Origin: a virus
IMG/VR virus record: IMGVR_UViG_3300048999_000191
Length of the DNA stretch: 64,000 nucleotides
Strand: one strand, 5' to 3'
Shown here: piece after piece, positions 19,617 to 28,742 of the stretch
Layout: each line of letters opens with the position of its first letter
Numbering within the stretch: position 1 is the first letter of the stretch
Notes under the pieces: model-generated
What the model saw: the letters and a program-made list of their open reading frames with translations, nothing else
Told to the model about the DNA's origin: nothing
The model's database searches: none
Made by a program: the position numbers and the translations under genes

Positions 19617-19826
19617 CTACTTGGGCCGGGTGTAGGGCACCTCGTCGTCGGCGTCGAAGTAGCGCGGGGCGTGCCCGCCATCGGCGTGACGCACGCCGAC
19701 GTAGACCTGGAGCTTGCCGTTGACGGGGTTGACGCCCTCGGACACGGCGTCGGTCAGGATGGTGATCAAGACGTTTCCGTCGGCGTCGCGGTACTCGTCG
19801 CCCGCCTGGAGTTCCTTCGCGAGCAT
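19617..19826 (-). CDS. hypothetical protein
   Basis: 69-aa ORF with GAAGGGAG RBS. Confidence 0.6.
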   Translation of the reverse strand: MLAKELQAGDEYRDADGNVLITILTDAVSEGVNPVNGKLQVYVGVRHADGGHAPRYFDADDEVPYTRPK

Positions 19827-19849
19827 GGCTCGCTCCCTTCGTGAGGAGA

Positions 19850-19874
19850 GGCCGGGGGCGCGAGACCCCCGGCC
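19850..19874 (-). terminator. stem-loop terminator
   Basis: GGCCGGGGG...CCCCCGGCC after stop at 19881. Confidence 0.6.
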
Positions 19875-19880
19875 GGTGGA

Positions 19881-20774
19881 CTACTTGACGGCGTACCACT
19901 CGCGGGCGGTCTTGCCCGCCGCCTTGCGGGCGGCCTCGTCCCGGCGAGCCGGGGCCAGCTTCTTGTCCGCCTTGGTGGCGATCTCGTCGAGCACCTCGGC
20001 CAGCGGGCGGTCTTGCTTGACCGCGATGGCCTTGATCAGCCGCTGCGCGTAGAGCCGCTCGCGCTTGGACATCTCGATCAGCTGCGCCGCGTGGCTCTCG
20101 GTCTCGGCCTGGTCGGCGTAGATGTCGTCGAGGCCGGACTGCTCCAGCGCGTCCACGGCCTTGATCTGCGCGGCGCGCAGGGTCTTGATCGTGTAGCCGT
20201 CGTCGTCCTTGAGCGGCGTGCCGTCCACGTCAGTGATGCCGTTCGCGGCGGCCTTGGCCTGCTTCACGGCGGCGGCGGTCTGGCGAGCCTCACGCTCGGC
20301 GATGCGAGCCGGGGTGTCCACGCGGGCGTCGCGCTTGGCCTGCATGACCTCGACGGGCAGATTCGGGAAGCAGCGGGCGCAGGCGTCCATCCCGGAGAGC
20401 GTGCCCATCTCGTCGTGGTCGGTGCCCGAGAACTGAGTCAACCAGCCGAAGTCGGTGTCGGCGAAGCAGGTGTCGCAACTGGTCGAGGTGTGCACGTGGC
20501 CGTTGCTGTTGAGGACCAGGTAGTAACGGTTCCAGCCGCCACGGCCTCGGTATTCGTCGTCCAGCTCGCCCAGCTCGGTGACCAGCAGCTCCATCTCGGC
20601 GTGGAAAGTCTTGATCTCGGCCTTGGCCTTGGCGATGGAGTCGTCGCTGTAGTTGCACTTCATCACATAGTCGGCACGCATCAGGCCGTGCTTGATCTCG
20701 CCCCGACGGATCATGATGGCGGCGATGCGGGTGTCGATCTCGGCGGGCGAAGCGGTGGCGAGGTTGGCGATCAT
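19881..20774 (-). CDS. actinophage-type Zn-binding protein
   Basis: GHVH...CDTC...CARCFP; behind element copy 13. Confidence 0.8.
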   Translation of the reverse strand: MIANLATASPAEIDTRIAAIMIRRGEIKHGLMRADYVMKCNYSDDSIAKAKAEIKTFHAEMELLVTELGELDDEYRGRGGWNRYYLVLNSNGHVHTSTSCDTCFADTDFGWLTQFSGTDHDEMGTLSGMDACARCFPNLPVEVMQAKRDARVDTPARIAEREARQTAAAVKQAKAAANGITDVDGTPLKDDDGYTIKTLRAAQIKAVDALEQSGLDDIYADQAETESHAAQLIEMSKRERLYAQRLIKAIAVKQDRPLAEVLDEIATKADKKLAPARRDEAARKAAGKTAREWYAVK

Positions 20775-20779
20775 CTGGG

Positions 20780-20843
20780 CCTCCGGTGCGGCTCATTCTT
20801 GCTGACAAGAACGACATTACCCTACCCATTCGGGTAGTGTCAA
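20780..20843 (-). promoter_or_regulatory. Cassette element copy 13 (class B)
   Basis: TTGACA-18-TAATGT; palindrome 20822-20837 fills the spacer; CCGCACCGGAGG. Confidence 0.87.
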
Positions 20844-21150
20844 CCGCTGGGCTGCACCGACATGTGCGTGTAGGTCACGCCACCGATCTCGACCCCCTCG
20901 TCCAGCTCGCGCCACGGCGCGCCCTGAGCGGCCTCGTGCAAGCTCAGAACGCCCTGCTGCTGGCGGTCATTGCCGGGGAACCAGAAGGGCACCACAAAGC
21001 CGTTCAGCTCGCGCAAGAGCGGGTTCAGCCGGTGCGGCTCCACGTTGCTCAGGTGCAGGCGAATGTCCGCCAGCGACTGCGGATTGCCCAGGGCCGGAGT
21101 GAGGAACTGGTAGGCGGCCATGAGGCGCTCGGTCAGCTCGGCGTCCATGG

Positions 21151-21459
21151 TCATTCGCCCGCTTTCGCGGCACGGCGGGCGGCGATGCCGTTGTCGTCCT
21201 TGAGGGTCACCAGCGCCCGGCCGCCGAGCTGACCCAGCAGGTGGGCCACGTCGTGGAACGCACCAGTCTCGGAGGAGCACGAGGACCACGGGCTGCCGTT
21301 GACCGTGACGCTCCACATCATGCTGCCGAACCTGCGCGAGACCGTGATCTCCGGCGTCTGCTCGGCGGTCGCCGCCTCGTCGAGGATGTCGAGCGGATCG
21401 ATCTCGTGCCGGTATGTGTGCGCGGCCGGGTCCCACTCACCCCAGATTGCGTCGCTCAT
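21151..21459 (-). CDS. hypothetical protein
   Basis: 102-aa coupled ORF. Confidence 0.6.
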   Translation of the reverse strand: MSDAIWGEWDPAAHTYRHEIDPLDILDEAATAEQTPEITVSRRFGSMMWSVTVNGSPWSSCSSETGAFHDVAHLLGQLGGRALVTLKDDNGIAARRAAKAGE

Positions 21460-21888
21460 CAGAAGTCACCGGCCTGGCTGTGGCCGCCCGCCCAGGCTTC
21501 CGGCAGGAAGCCGTTGCCGGAGAGCCAGTTGTCGAGGCCCTCGACCAGCTCGATGAGGCGCGCGGTGTTCCCCGCGCTCAGCTCGCCGTAGTTGGCGTGG
21601 TCCTCGGTCAGCCTGCGGATCTCGGCCAGTGCAGCGTTGGGGTCCATGTCAAAGCTCCTCGGTCTCGTTGCGGACCTCCTGGACACCTATGGCGATGAGG
21701 TAGGAGGCGAAGTTCTGCCAGTCGCGCGCGATGGCGCGGCCCTTGACGTTGTAGATCCAGCCGTCCGCGTGGACGGTGTAGCCGTGCTCCTGGCCGTACT
21801 GCTTCGCGGCGGCGATCTGCACCGGTGTCGGGTCTTCCTGGGGCGGGAAGGGCCGGATGGCCTCGTTGCTCACGTCAGGCCCCTTTCT

Positions 21889-21917
21889 GGCGGGGGCTCC
21901 ACCGGGAGCCCCCGCCG
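21889..21917 (-). terminator. stem-loop terminator
   Basis: GGCGGGGGCTCC-ACCG-GGAGCCCCCGCC after stop at 21924. Confidence 0.65.
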
Positions 21918-21923
21918 GTTGTC

Positions 21924-22820
21924 TCAGCGGATGATGCTGGCCTTGGCGGGCCGCTTCAGGTAGGCAAAGGTCTCGTCGTCGGAGGCCTGCTCGAAGGTGG
22001 CGGTGAAGGCCACCCGGGTGCCCTGCTCGACGTCGGCGATCGCGGCCGGGACGGTGCCCCAGACCCGGGCACCGTTGTCCAGGGTCACGGTCATCACCAT
22101 GCGGACGCCGCCGGTGAAGTCGTTGTCCCGGGTGTCCAGCTTGGTCACGGTGCCCTCGATCGCCACGCGACCCTCGGGGGCCGGACCGGCGTCGTTCTTG
22201 ACGGCCGCGATCTCCGCGTTGCGCTGCTCCTGCTCGGCGAAGCGCTCGTCGAGCTGGGTCAGGATCCGGCTGACGAAGGCCAGCTGCTTCGCGGAGACGT
22301 CGCCGCCATACTGGCGGGCCTTGCGGGCGATGTCGGCGAGCGGACCAACGCCCCAGATGTCCGCACCGGCGGGAGCGGCCGCCTCGATGTTCCAGGCGTA
22401 GGTGGCGTAGGCGAGGTCCTGGTGGGCATCGCAGGCGGCCAGGAAACCGTCCAGCAGCTTGTGCGCCTCGCGGGCGGCCTTGGCCTCGGCCATCATCCGC
22501 TTGACCTCGTCCTTGGCCATCGCGAAGCGACCAGCCAGGCAGTCCGGGCCGACCTCGACCAGCGCGGCCGACGGGTGGTGGAAGAGGACCGCGACGTAGC
22601 GCAGGTGCTGGCCGCAGGCGTCGCACTGGTGGTGCGGGTGGACGAGCACGTAGGGGAAGCCCTCGGTCTCCATCGCGCGGACCGCCTTGCGGCCCCGGCT
22701 GTCGTCGGCGCGGAACGGGCTGGTGTCGGTGTCCAGCACGCCGATGAACTTGTAGTCGGCCGGGTCGAAGTTGTCGTGGTTGGCGGAGTGGATGTCGTGG
22801 CGAGCGATCGTGCTGGTCAT
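21924..22820 (-). CDS. Zn-finger plus OB-fold-like protein
   Basis: CDAC...GPDC; beta-rich C-terminus; behind element copy 14. Confidence 0.75.
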   Translation of the reverse strand: MTSTIARHDIHSANHDNFDPADYKFIGVLDTDTSPFRADDSRGRKAVRAMETEGFPYVLVHPHHQCDACGQHLRYVAVLFHHPSAALVEVGPDCLAGRFAMAKDEVKRMMAEAKAAREAHKLLDGFLAACDAHQDLAYATYAWNIEAAAPAGADIWGVGPLADIARKARQYGGDVSAKQLAFVSRILTQLDERFAEQEQRNAEIAAVKNDAGPAPEGRVAIEGTVTKLDTRDNDFTGGVRMVMTVTLDNGARVWGTVPAAIADVEQGTRVAFTATFEQASDDETFAYLKRPAKASIIR

Positions 22821-22825
22821 CGTGG

Positions 22826-22890
22826 CCTCCGGTGCGGCTCGTTCCGTGCTGACAGGAAGAACTCTACACTACCCATCTGGGTAGTGTCCA
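22826..22890 (-). promoter_or_regulatory. Cassette element copy 14 (class B)
   Basis: TGGACA-18-TAGAGT; palindrome 22869-22884; CCGCACCGGAGG. Confidence 0.85.
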
Positions 22891-22928
22891 TACCCTCTGA
22901 CCTGCGTCTTTCGAACGCTCGCCTGGCG

Positions 22929-23246
22929 CTACACTTCCCGGTAGACGCGCGGGCGCCGCTCCGGACCCACCAGGTCGCCGCAGTCGACGATCCAGACGGG
23001 GCCCTCGGCGGTGCCCGGCCGGATGATGCCCCAGCCGAGGCCGTAAGGGTCGTCCTTCATCACGTGGGTGAGGAAGCGCGCGGCGAGGTAGGGCGCGTCG
23101 TCGTAACGCGTGTCGGACCCGGCGGCCTCGTTGGCCTGGAAAAACTTGATCATGACCTTGCTGACTTCGCTGCCGTAGTAATGCGTGTAGATCGCGGCCT
23201 CGACGCGGTCGAATTCCTTGAAGTGGATCATGCCCCGATCGCCCAT
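22929..23246 (-). CDS. hypothetical phage protein
   Basis: MGDR...IYTHYYG; GAAGGGAG RBS. Confidence 0.7.
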   Translation of the reverse strand: MGDRGMIHFKEFDRVEAAIYTHYYGSEVSKVMIKFFQANEAAGSDTRYDDAPYLAARFLTHVMKDDPYGLGWGIIRPGTAEGPVWIVDCGDLVGPERRPRVYREV

Positions 23247-23353
23247 GATGGACTCCCTTCGTTGTGGGTGTTTCCGGTGGTGGGTAGACGGCCCCGCCCC
23301 ACCGGAGTGACGGGGGCCGCCGGTCTGTGGTTACAGCTGAGTCAACCCCTGGG

Positions 23354-24001
23354 TCACTCGCCGTTTTCGATCGTCGTTCGGATGGCGGGCAGCGCCTTGA
23401 GCGCGAACCACTCGGCCGGGCCACTCTCGCTCATGTGATACGAGCCGAAGTCCACCAGGCCCTCACGGCCGTCGTGCCACTCGCCGGTGTACTCGTTCTT
23501 CCACTTCCACTCGCAGCCTCGCTGGTCCAGCCAGAGGCCCAGCTCGTGCACGAAGCGCGCGTGCCGGTCCGAGCACGACTCGCCGCGCTCGTTCATGAAG
23601 CTGTAGCCGGTATCGATCGAGACCTCGACGGTGGCCCAGCCGTTCTCCGTGGGGTCACTGGCGACCCACTCCTCGTGCTCGCGCACGTCCTCGGCCGTGA
23701 CCTTGTAACGCTTCTTCGGCAGGTCCCACTTCGCCCAACCGACCTCGGTCTCGCAGGAGTCGGTGTGCACGTGGGTCATCGGGCCATCGGCGCCGTAGTA
23801 CATGATCAGCCAACCGTCGAGATCAATGCCGGGCTCGTGCCACAGGCTCTTCTGGCCCTTGCGATTGCCCTTCTCGACCTCGTCCCGGATCGAAACGTGG
23901 TCCGGGGTGTCGAGCAGCGTCCGGCAGTACAAGAAGATCTCGCGTGCACTCACGGGAGCGACGGCGCGGATCGCGATGCGGGTGTCGAGAGTCATGATCA
24001 A
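23354..24001 (-). CDS. hypothetical protein
   Basis: 215-aa ORF with GGAGG RBS. Confidence 0.75.
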   Translation of the reverse strand: MIMTLDTRIAIRAVAPVSAREIFLYCRTLLDTPDHVSIRDEVEKGNRKGQKSLWHEPGIDLDGWLIMYYGADGPMTHVHTDSCETEVGWAKWDLPKKRYKVTAEDVREHEEWVASDPTENGWATVEVSIDTGYSFMNERGESCSDRHARFVHELGLWLDQRGCEWKWKNEYTGEWHDGREGLVDFGSYHMSESGPAEWFALKALPAIRTTIENGE

Positions 24002-24016
24002 TCCTCCAGTGTGGGA

Positions 24017-24265
24017 TCAGGACAGGGCGAAGTTGATCCGACTTTCGGTGACCTCGTACTCGGCCAGCTGCTCCAGCAGCATCTCGCGGAAGTCCGCATC
24101 CGAAGCGGTGTCGACGACCTGACCGTTTTCGATGCCCTGCCACTCGTCACCTTTGCGGATCCAGGCGCACCCCTTGGTCGCGGTCCAGCCGGTCATCTCC
24201 CGAGCCGGAGTGAAGCGGAAGGCGGCCTTGAGCAGGTGTTCGGTGCGGAAGGTGTCGAGCGACAT
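24017..24265 (-). CDS. hypothetical protein
   Basis: Behind element copy 15. Confidence 0.7.
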   Translation of the reverse strand: MSLDTFRTEHLLKAAFRFTPAREMTGWTATKGCAWIRKGDEWQGIENGQVVDTASDADFREMLLEQLAEYEVTESRINFALS

Positions 24266-24270
24266 TGCGA

Positions 24271-24330
24271 CCTCCGGTGTGGTCCTTGACTGACAAGACC
24301 CACACTACCCGTTTAGGTAGTGTGGGTCAA
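24271..24330 (-). promoter_or_regulatory. Cassette element copy 15
   Basis: TTGACC-17-TAGTGT; palindrome 24305-24320; CCACACCGGAGG. Confidence 0.88.
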
Positions 24331-24340
24331 GCTCCGCCGC

Positions 24341-24712
24341 TCAGGCGTCCTGCGCGGCACGGTCCATGGCCTCGGCGAGCATCCGCTGGCGCGGCGCGTC
24401 GTCCCAGGTGTGCGGGCCGGTCAGGGCCTTGATCGCCGAGGCGATGGCGCCCTGGCCGTGCGTGTACGTGTCGTCCTGCATCAGCACGTCGCCCGCCGGG
24501 CCGCTGTCGGTGGCGGGACGGCCGCACACGAAGAACTGGGTCATGTGCATGTACTGGCCCTCGCCGGTGCGGGTGAAGCCCTCCTCGGTGACCGCGTACA
24601 GCTCGGTGCCGGGCACCTGGGCCTGCCAGTAGCGCAGCATCGTGTGCTCATCCGAGATGAAGCTGGGCTGCTCGGGGCTGGTCAGCTCGACGTGGTCCAG
24701 GGCGATGGCCAT
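24341..24712 (-). CDS. hypothetical protein
   Basis: Behind element copy 16. Confidence 0.7.
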   Translation of the reverse strand: MAIALDHVELTSPEQPSFISDEHTMLRYWQAQVPGTELYAVTEEGFTRTGEGQYMHMTQFFVCGRPATDSGPAGDVLMQDDTYTHGQGAIASAIKALTGPHTWDDAPRQRMLAEAMDRAAQDA

Positions 24713-24717
24713 CGGTT

Positions 24718-24769
24718 CCTCCGGTGTCGGTTGGTGATGACCTTATACTACCCGATCGGGTAGGGTCAA
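24718..24769 (-). promoter_or_regulatory. Cassette element copy 16 (class B)
   Basis: TTGACC-18-TAAGGT; perfect palindrome 24748-24763; CCGACACCGGAGG. Confidence 0.85.
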
Positions 24770-25020
24770 GACTGGACAGAAGGTGGACAGTTACCGGCGG
24801 TCGTCCAAGATGTCCAGCTCATCCCAGACCTCCGGCGGCTCTTCGAGCGAGACCTGCTCGCGGCAGGTCTCCGTGTCAACGGTGGTGACTGTGCCGTCGT
24901 CCTGCATGTACGCAATCTCCAGGCGATCCGGCGAAAGCCAGACATGGGTGATCATGCTGTTCCTCCAGGGGAGGTAGGCCGGACGGGGCGGGAAGAGAAT
25001 TGCCGCCCCGTCCGGGGCTC

Positions 25021-25959
25021 TCAGGCGGCCGTGGTGGCCTTGTCGTCCTCGGTCTCCTCCTTGGCCACGGCGCGGCCCAAAACCATGTCAGCGGCCTTCT
25101 GGGCCTTCCCGGCGGCCACGATGACCGCGCGCGGGTCCTCCTTGATCGTCTTGATCCAGGAGGCCAGGTAGGCGGCCGAGTTCTTCTGGGTGCTCTCGAT
25201 GCCGGTCTCGGCGCAGAGGAACGCGGCGCCCATCTCGGCGATCAGCTCCTCGCGGCCGTAGGCGTGGCTGCCGAAGGCGTTGTTGCGGCTCTCCGCGCGG
25301 TTCAGGCGGTGCTCGGCGGCGGTCGAGTGGGTCAGCTCGTGGAACAGCGTCGCGTGGTACTCGTCCAGGCCGTGGAAGCTCTCCTTCAGCGGCATGGTCA
25401 GCTCGTCGGTGGCCCAGGTGAAGTGCGCCGAGTCGCCGCCGTGCTTGATGACCGGCTTGGCCTCCCAGGCGTCCACCACGGCCTGCGCGGCCGCGTGGCG
25501 CTCCTCGGGGCTGGGGACCGGACGGGCCACCGGGAAGGCGTCCTTCGGCAGTTTCTCGATGCCCTCGGTCTGGTCCAGGTTGAACACGTAGAAGTGCTTG
25601 AGCAGCGGGATCATCTTCTTCTTGCCGGTCGCCTCGTCCTCGATCGGCAGCAGCTTCCAGAAGGTGACCAGGGTGCCCTTCTGCGAGCCCTTCTCGCCCT
25701 TCAGGTGACCGCCCAGCTTGGCCATCTGGTTGAAGGTCAACCAGTACGCGCTGCGGTAACCCTTCTCGGCCTGCTCCAGGCCCAGCAGGAAGGCGTTGAC
25801 GCCCCGGTAGGCCTTGCCCGAGGAGAGCGACTTCGGCGCGCCGGTGACGCTGTCCCACGGCTTGTTCCACGGCGCGGTGCCGTTCTCCAGCGCGGTCAGG
25901 ATCTTGGTGGTGACGACGTCGTAGACATCGACCTTGGGCTTGCGGGCGGTGGTGGCCAT
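25021..25959 (-). CDS. ardC: ArdC-family antirestriction ssDNA-binding protein (DUF1738 plus zincin domain)
   Basis: PWNKPW, YRGVN, WLTFNQ, LFHELTHST, YGREELIAE, SAAYLASW, AAGKAQKAAD. Confidence 0.92.
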   Translation of the reverse strand: MATTARKPKVDVYDVVTTKILTALENGTAPWNKPWDSVTGAPKSLSSGKAYRGVNAFLLGLEQAEKGYRSAYWLTFNQMAKLGGHLKGEKGSQKGTLVTFWKLLPIEDEATGKKKMIPLLKHFYVFNLDQTEGIEKLPKDAFPVARPVPSPEERHAAAQAVVDAWEAKPVIKHGGDSAHFTWATDELTMPLKESFHGLDEYHATLFHELTHSTAAEHRLNRAESRNNAFGSHAYGREELIAEMGAAFLCAETGIESTQKNSAAYLASWIKTIKEDPRAVIVAAGKAQKAADMVLGRAVAKEETEDDKATTAA

Positions 25960-25964
25960 GTTGT

Positions 25965-26030
25965 CCTCCGGTGCGGACGGTGTTCTTTGCTGACAAGAAG
26001 GACACTACCCGTTTAGGTAGTGTCCGTCAA
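25965..26030 (-). promoter_or_regulatory. Cassette element copy 17
   Basis: TTGACG-17-TAGTGT; palindrome 26005-26020; CCGCACCGGAGG; drives ardC. Confidence 0.88.
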
Positions 26031-26334
26031 GCCCCTTCGGCGACATCAGTCCAGCGGATCTTCGCCGGGTTCGAGGATCATCCAGGGACTGCCACCCGCA
26101 TCGACCAGTACACGGGTGCCCGGGTGATCGAACAATTCCAGCAGCACCTGGCCCTCGGGCATGTTCTCGGGCGTGAAGCCCACGAAAATCATCGAAGGGA
26201 CCGGCCAGGCCATTGGGTGCGGCTCGACGCTGGTCACCCGCACGACGGGGTACAGGGACCGTTCCCGGGTGCAGAACAGCCGGGAGCCGACCAGATCAGG
26301 CGTAGTGGATTCCAGGGTCAGGGGACGCATGCGA

Positions 26335-26562
26335 TCAGCCCGCGTTGAAATTCTCGTGCACGACGCCCTGCTTCACGCGGGGTCCTGCCGTGCCGAGCTT
26401 CTGGAGCTTCGCCTTCCCGTGCGCCCAGACGTCCGGCGACTGGTCACCACGCGTGCCCTTCGCCAGCTCGCGAGCGAGCTTCGGCGTGGCCGCCGCGACC
26501 ACGAGCGACTCCATCTCGTCGTAGCCGCAGTCCGGGCGTTCGATCAGGTAGAGGTTCAGCAT
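26335..26562 (-). CDS. small phage protein
   Basis: LYLIER...YDE...VVAA...AR...FNAG pattern common in phages. Confidence 0.65.
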   Translation of the reverse strand: MLNLYLIERPDCGYDEMESLVVAAATPKLARELAKGTRGDQSPDVWAHGKAKLQKLGTAGPRVKQGVVHENFNAG

Positions 26563-26620
26563 GGCCGGTTCCCTTCGTGGAAGTGGCGGAGCGCCGGTGT
26601 GGCGCCCCGCCGGGGTGGAG

Positions 26621-26965
26621 TCAGTAGGTGATCGAGCCGCCGTCCATGCCGACCGGCATGACTCCGGCCTTGGCCAGCGCGCAGGCCTCGTCGGCGTCTT
26701 CGGCGTACTCCCAGCCCTCGTCGGCCCGGTTCTGCGCCCAGACGTGCTCGTGACCGGCTTCGCAGACGAACGCCCGGCCGTCGTCCCACGCCAGCGCGTC
26801 GCAGTTGAGGACGATCCGACCGCCGTCCTCGTCGGTCAGGTAACCCCAGCGGTCACGCGCGTAGGACTGCCAGCTGCACGGGCCAGCCTGCCCGGCGTAG
26901 CAGCGGCGGACCCCTTCGACGGTGAGATGGGTGCCCTTGCAGTTCCCGCAGGTGATGCTCGACAT
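26621..26965 (-). CDS. Cys/His-rich hypothetical protein
   Basis: CGNC..H...C, CEAGH; behind element copy 18. Confidence 0.7.
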   Translation of the reverse strand: MSSITCGNCKGTHLTVEGVRRCYAGQAGPCSWQSYARDRWGYLTDEDGGRIVLNCDALAWDDGRAFVCEAGHEHVWAQNRADEGWEYAEDADEACALAKAGVMPVGMDGGSITY

Positions 26966-26970
26966 TCTGG

Positions 26971-27037
26971 CCTCCGGTGCGGCGCTCGCTTCGTGCTGAC
27001 AAGAGGAACGCTACACTACCCATCCGGGTAGTGTCAA
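26971..27037 (-). promoter_or_regulatory. Cassette element copy 18 (class B)
   Basis: TTGACA-18-TAGCGT; palindrome 27016-27031; CCGCACCGGAGG. Confidence 0.87.
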
Positions 27038-27234
27038 CTACCAAGGTGCCCGGGGGCGGTGGATGACGCGCAGGCCCTGGCGCAGGATTCCCGGCGGAAG
27101 TGGCTCGATGGTCATCAGCCACATCGTCAGAACGGTGAGGATCCAGGCCAGCTGGCGAGCCAACCGGAGCAGCATCAGGACGCTCCAGCCGACCCACCGC
27201 AGGAAGTAGAACGTGACCAAGTCGTCGTACACGA

Positions 27235-27456
27235 TCAGACCTGCGTGGCGGCGGCGACGAGGATTGTGGGTGCTGTCGGGTGGGCGCGGAGAAGCCCCGC
27301 CATGATCCGGGCCTGGCTCTTGCCGCTGGACAGCGTGACCGTCCAGTCGCCGTGCTCGTCGCGGATGAAGATCATGTGTCGAATGTCCGAACGGGAGCTG
27401 GAGAGCGTGACTCGGCGTCCCAGGGAGTTCTTGGCGGTGTAGGCGATCTTCGACAT
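27235..27456 (-). CDS. hypothetical protein
   Basis: Behind element copy 19. Confidence 0.65.
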   Translation of the reverse strand: MSKIAYTAKNSLGRRVTLSSSRSDIRHMIFIRDEHGDWTVTLSSGKSQARIMAGLLRAHPTAPTILVAAATQV

Positions 27457-27461
27457 CTGGG

Positions 27462-27523
27462 CCTCCGGTGCGGCTCGGTGCTTGATGGGTTTAACGGTAC
27501 ACTACCCGAGTGGGTAGTGTCAA
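27462..27523 (-). promoter_or_regulatory. Cassette element copy 19 (class B)
   Basis: TTGACA-18-TACCGT; palindrome 27502-27517; CCGCACCGGAGG. Confidence 0.85.
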
Positions 27524-27738
27524 GCCATCTCCTCCAGCGAGTCGTACTCCACCGCCACCCGCTTACCGTCCACGAAGAGCACGGCGAGCGCGAGGGCATG
27601 GCGGCCGCCGGAGAGGCTGCCCAGGTAGGTGCCTTCCACCTGGTCGCCGGTCTCCGGCACGACGCCAGTCACCTCGGTGCCGATGTCCGGTTCACGCATC
27701 AGCTGCCCCGTTCACGTTTCACGCGTCCTCGGGCCAAT

Positions 27739-28317
27739 TCACGCACCACGGCTGGCCGCCCAGGAGTCCAAGGCGTCCCACAAGGCGTGTTCGCGGCGCC
27801 AGACGACATCGATGACCACGAGATCTGCCGCGTCAGCGATGGCTCGGGACGCGGCGCCGGAGACGTACCGGATGGAATCGTCGTAACGCGGCTTCCCTCG
27901 GCCGCCCACCTCGCCCCACTCGGAGTAGCGCACCAGCGGCTCGTCGTGAACGAGGCTGTCCAGCACGAGCATGCCCGCGCTTTCCATGACGGCCCGGAAG
28001 GTGTGCAGCTTGGCCCGATCCAGGAAGCCCTCGACGAAGGCCCGGGTTTCCACCAGCTGCTCGTCTTCGCTGAAGGTGCCGCCGGGCTGGCTCTGATAGG
28101 TGAAGAACCCGGCGGCGTTCGCCCGCGCGAGCACGGGCAACAGGGGTTCCGTCTCCGCGTCCGGCACGTCATAACCGCCCGGGTGCGCACCCAGTTCGCC
28201 TCGGGCCCACTGGGCTCCGCACTGGCCCAGCTCGTCGACACTCTTGGCCTCGCGCCACTGGCGGCGCTGTTGGCGGTAGTAGGCCCGGTCACTCCAGGCG
28301 TCCAGCAAGTTGATCAC
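27739..28317 (-). CDS. conserved actinomycete mobile-element protein (DUF6919-like)
   Basis: PDAETEPLLPVLARANAAGFFTYQSQPG motif; family call from memory. Confidence 0.6.
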   Translation of the reverse strand: MINLLDAWSDRAYYRQQRRQWREAKSVDELGQCGAQWARGELGAHPGGYDVPDAETEPLLPVLARANAAGFFTYQSQPGGTFSEDEQLVETRAFVEGFLDRAKLHTFRAVMESAGMLVLDSLVHDEPLVRYSEWGEVGGRGKPRYDDSIRYVSGAASRAIADAADLVVIDVVWRREHALWDALDSWAASRGA

Positions 28318-28742
28318 ATGAGTCCCCTCTCGGCGTAGATGCGCAGCTGGTCCTCCAGCGCGTGGGAGACGCTGCGTCGGCTGGCCAGGATGGCCGCCTT
28401 CGCCTCGTCGTACGGGGCGCGCGGCACGATGAAGCGCAGCCGGGCGCGGGGCGTCTTGGCGCGGAACGGCGGGCGCCGCGCGGGGTCGTAGGCGGGATCC
28501 GGCCGGGCCTCGGCGGCGGCCGCGAACAGCAGAGCGCGAGCGACGGCGGCGTAGTCCACTCCGTCGCTCTCCGCGCGCTTGCTGGCGAGCCGGTTCACCT
28601 CGGCGTCGAGCAGGATGTCCGCCTCGAAGGTGGGCTGCTCCGGGTCGATGCCGTGCTGAGCCAGGATCTTCGAGAACGTGGCCTGAATCCGGGCCACCTG
28701 CGCATAGCCGCGTGCGTACCGGCCGATGCGTTCGATCGTCAC
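28314..28742 (-). CDS. putative tandem ribbon-helix-helix regulator
   Basis: Two beta-alpha-alpha units: FEADILLD...YAAVARALL and LRFIVP...SVSHALEDQLRIY. Confidence 0.55.
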   Translation of the reverse strand: MTIERIGRYARGYAQVARIQATFSKILAQHGIDPEQPTFEADILLDAEVNRLASKRAESDGVDYAAVARALLFAAAAEARPDPAYDPARRPPFRAKTPRARLRFIVPRAPYDEAKAAILASRRSVSHALEDQLRIYAERGLM

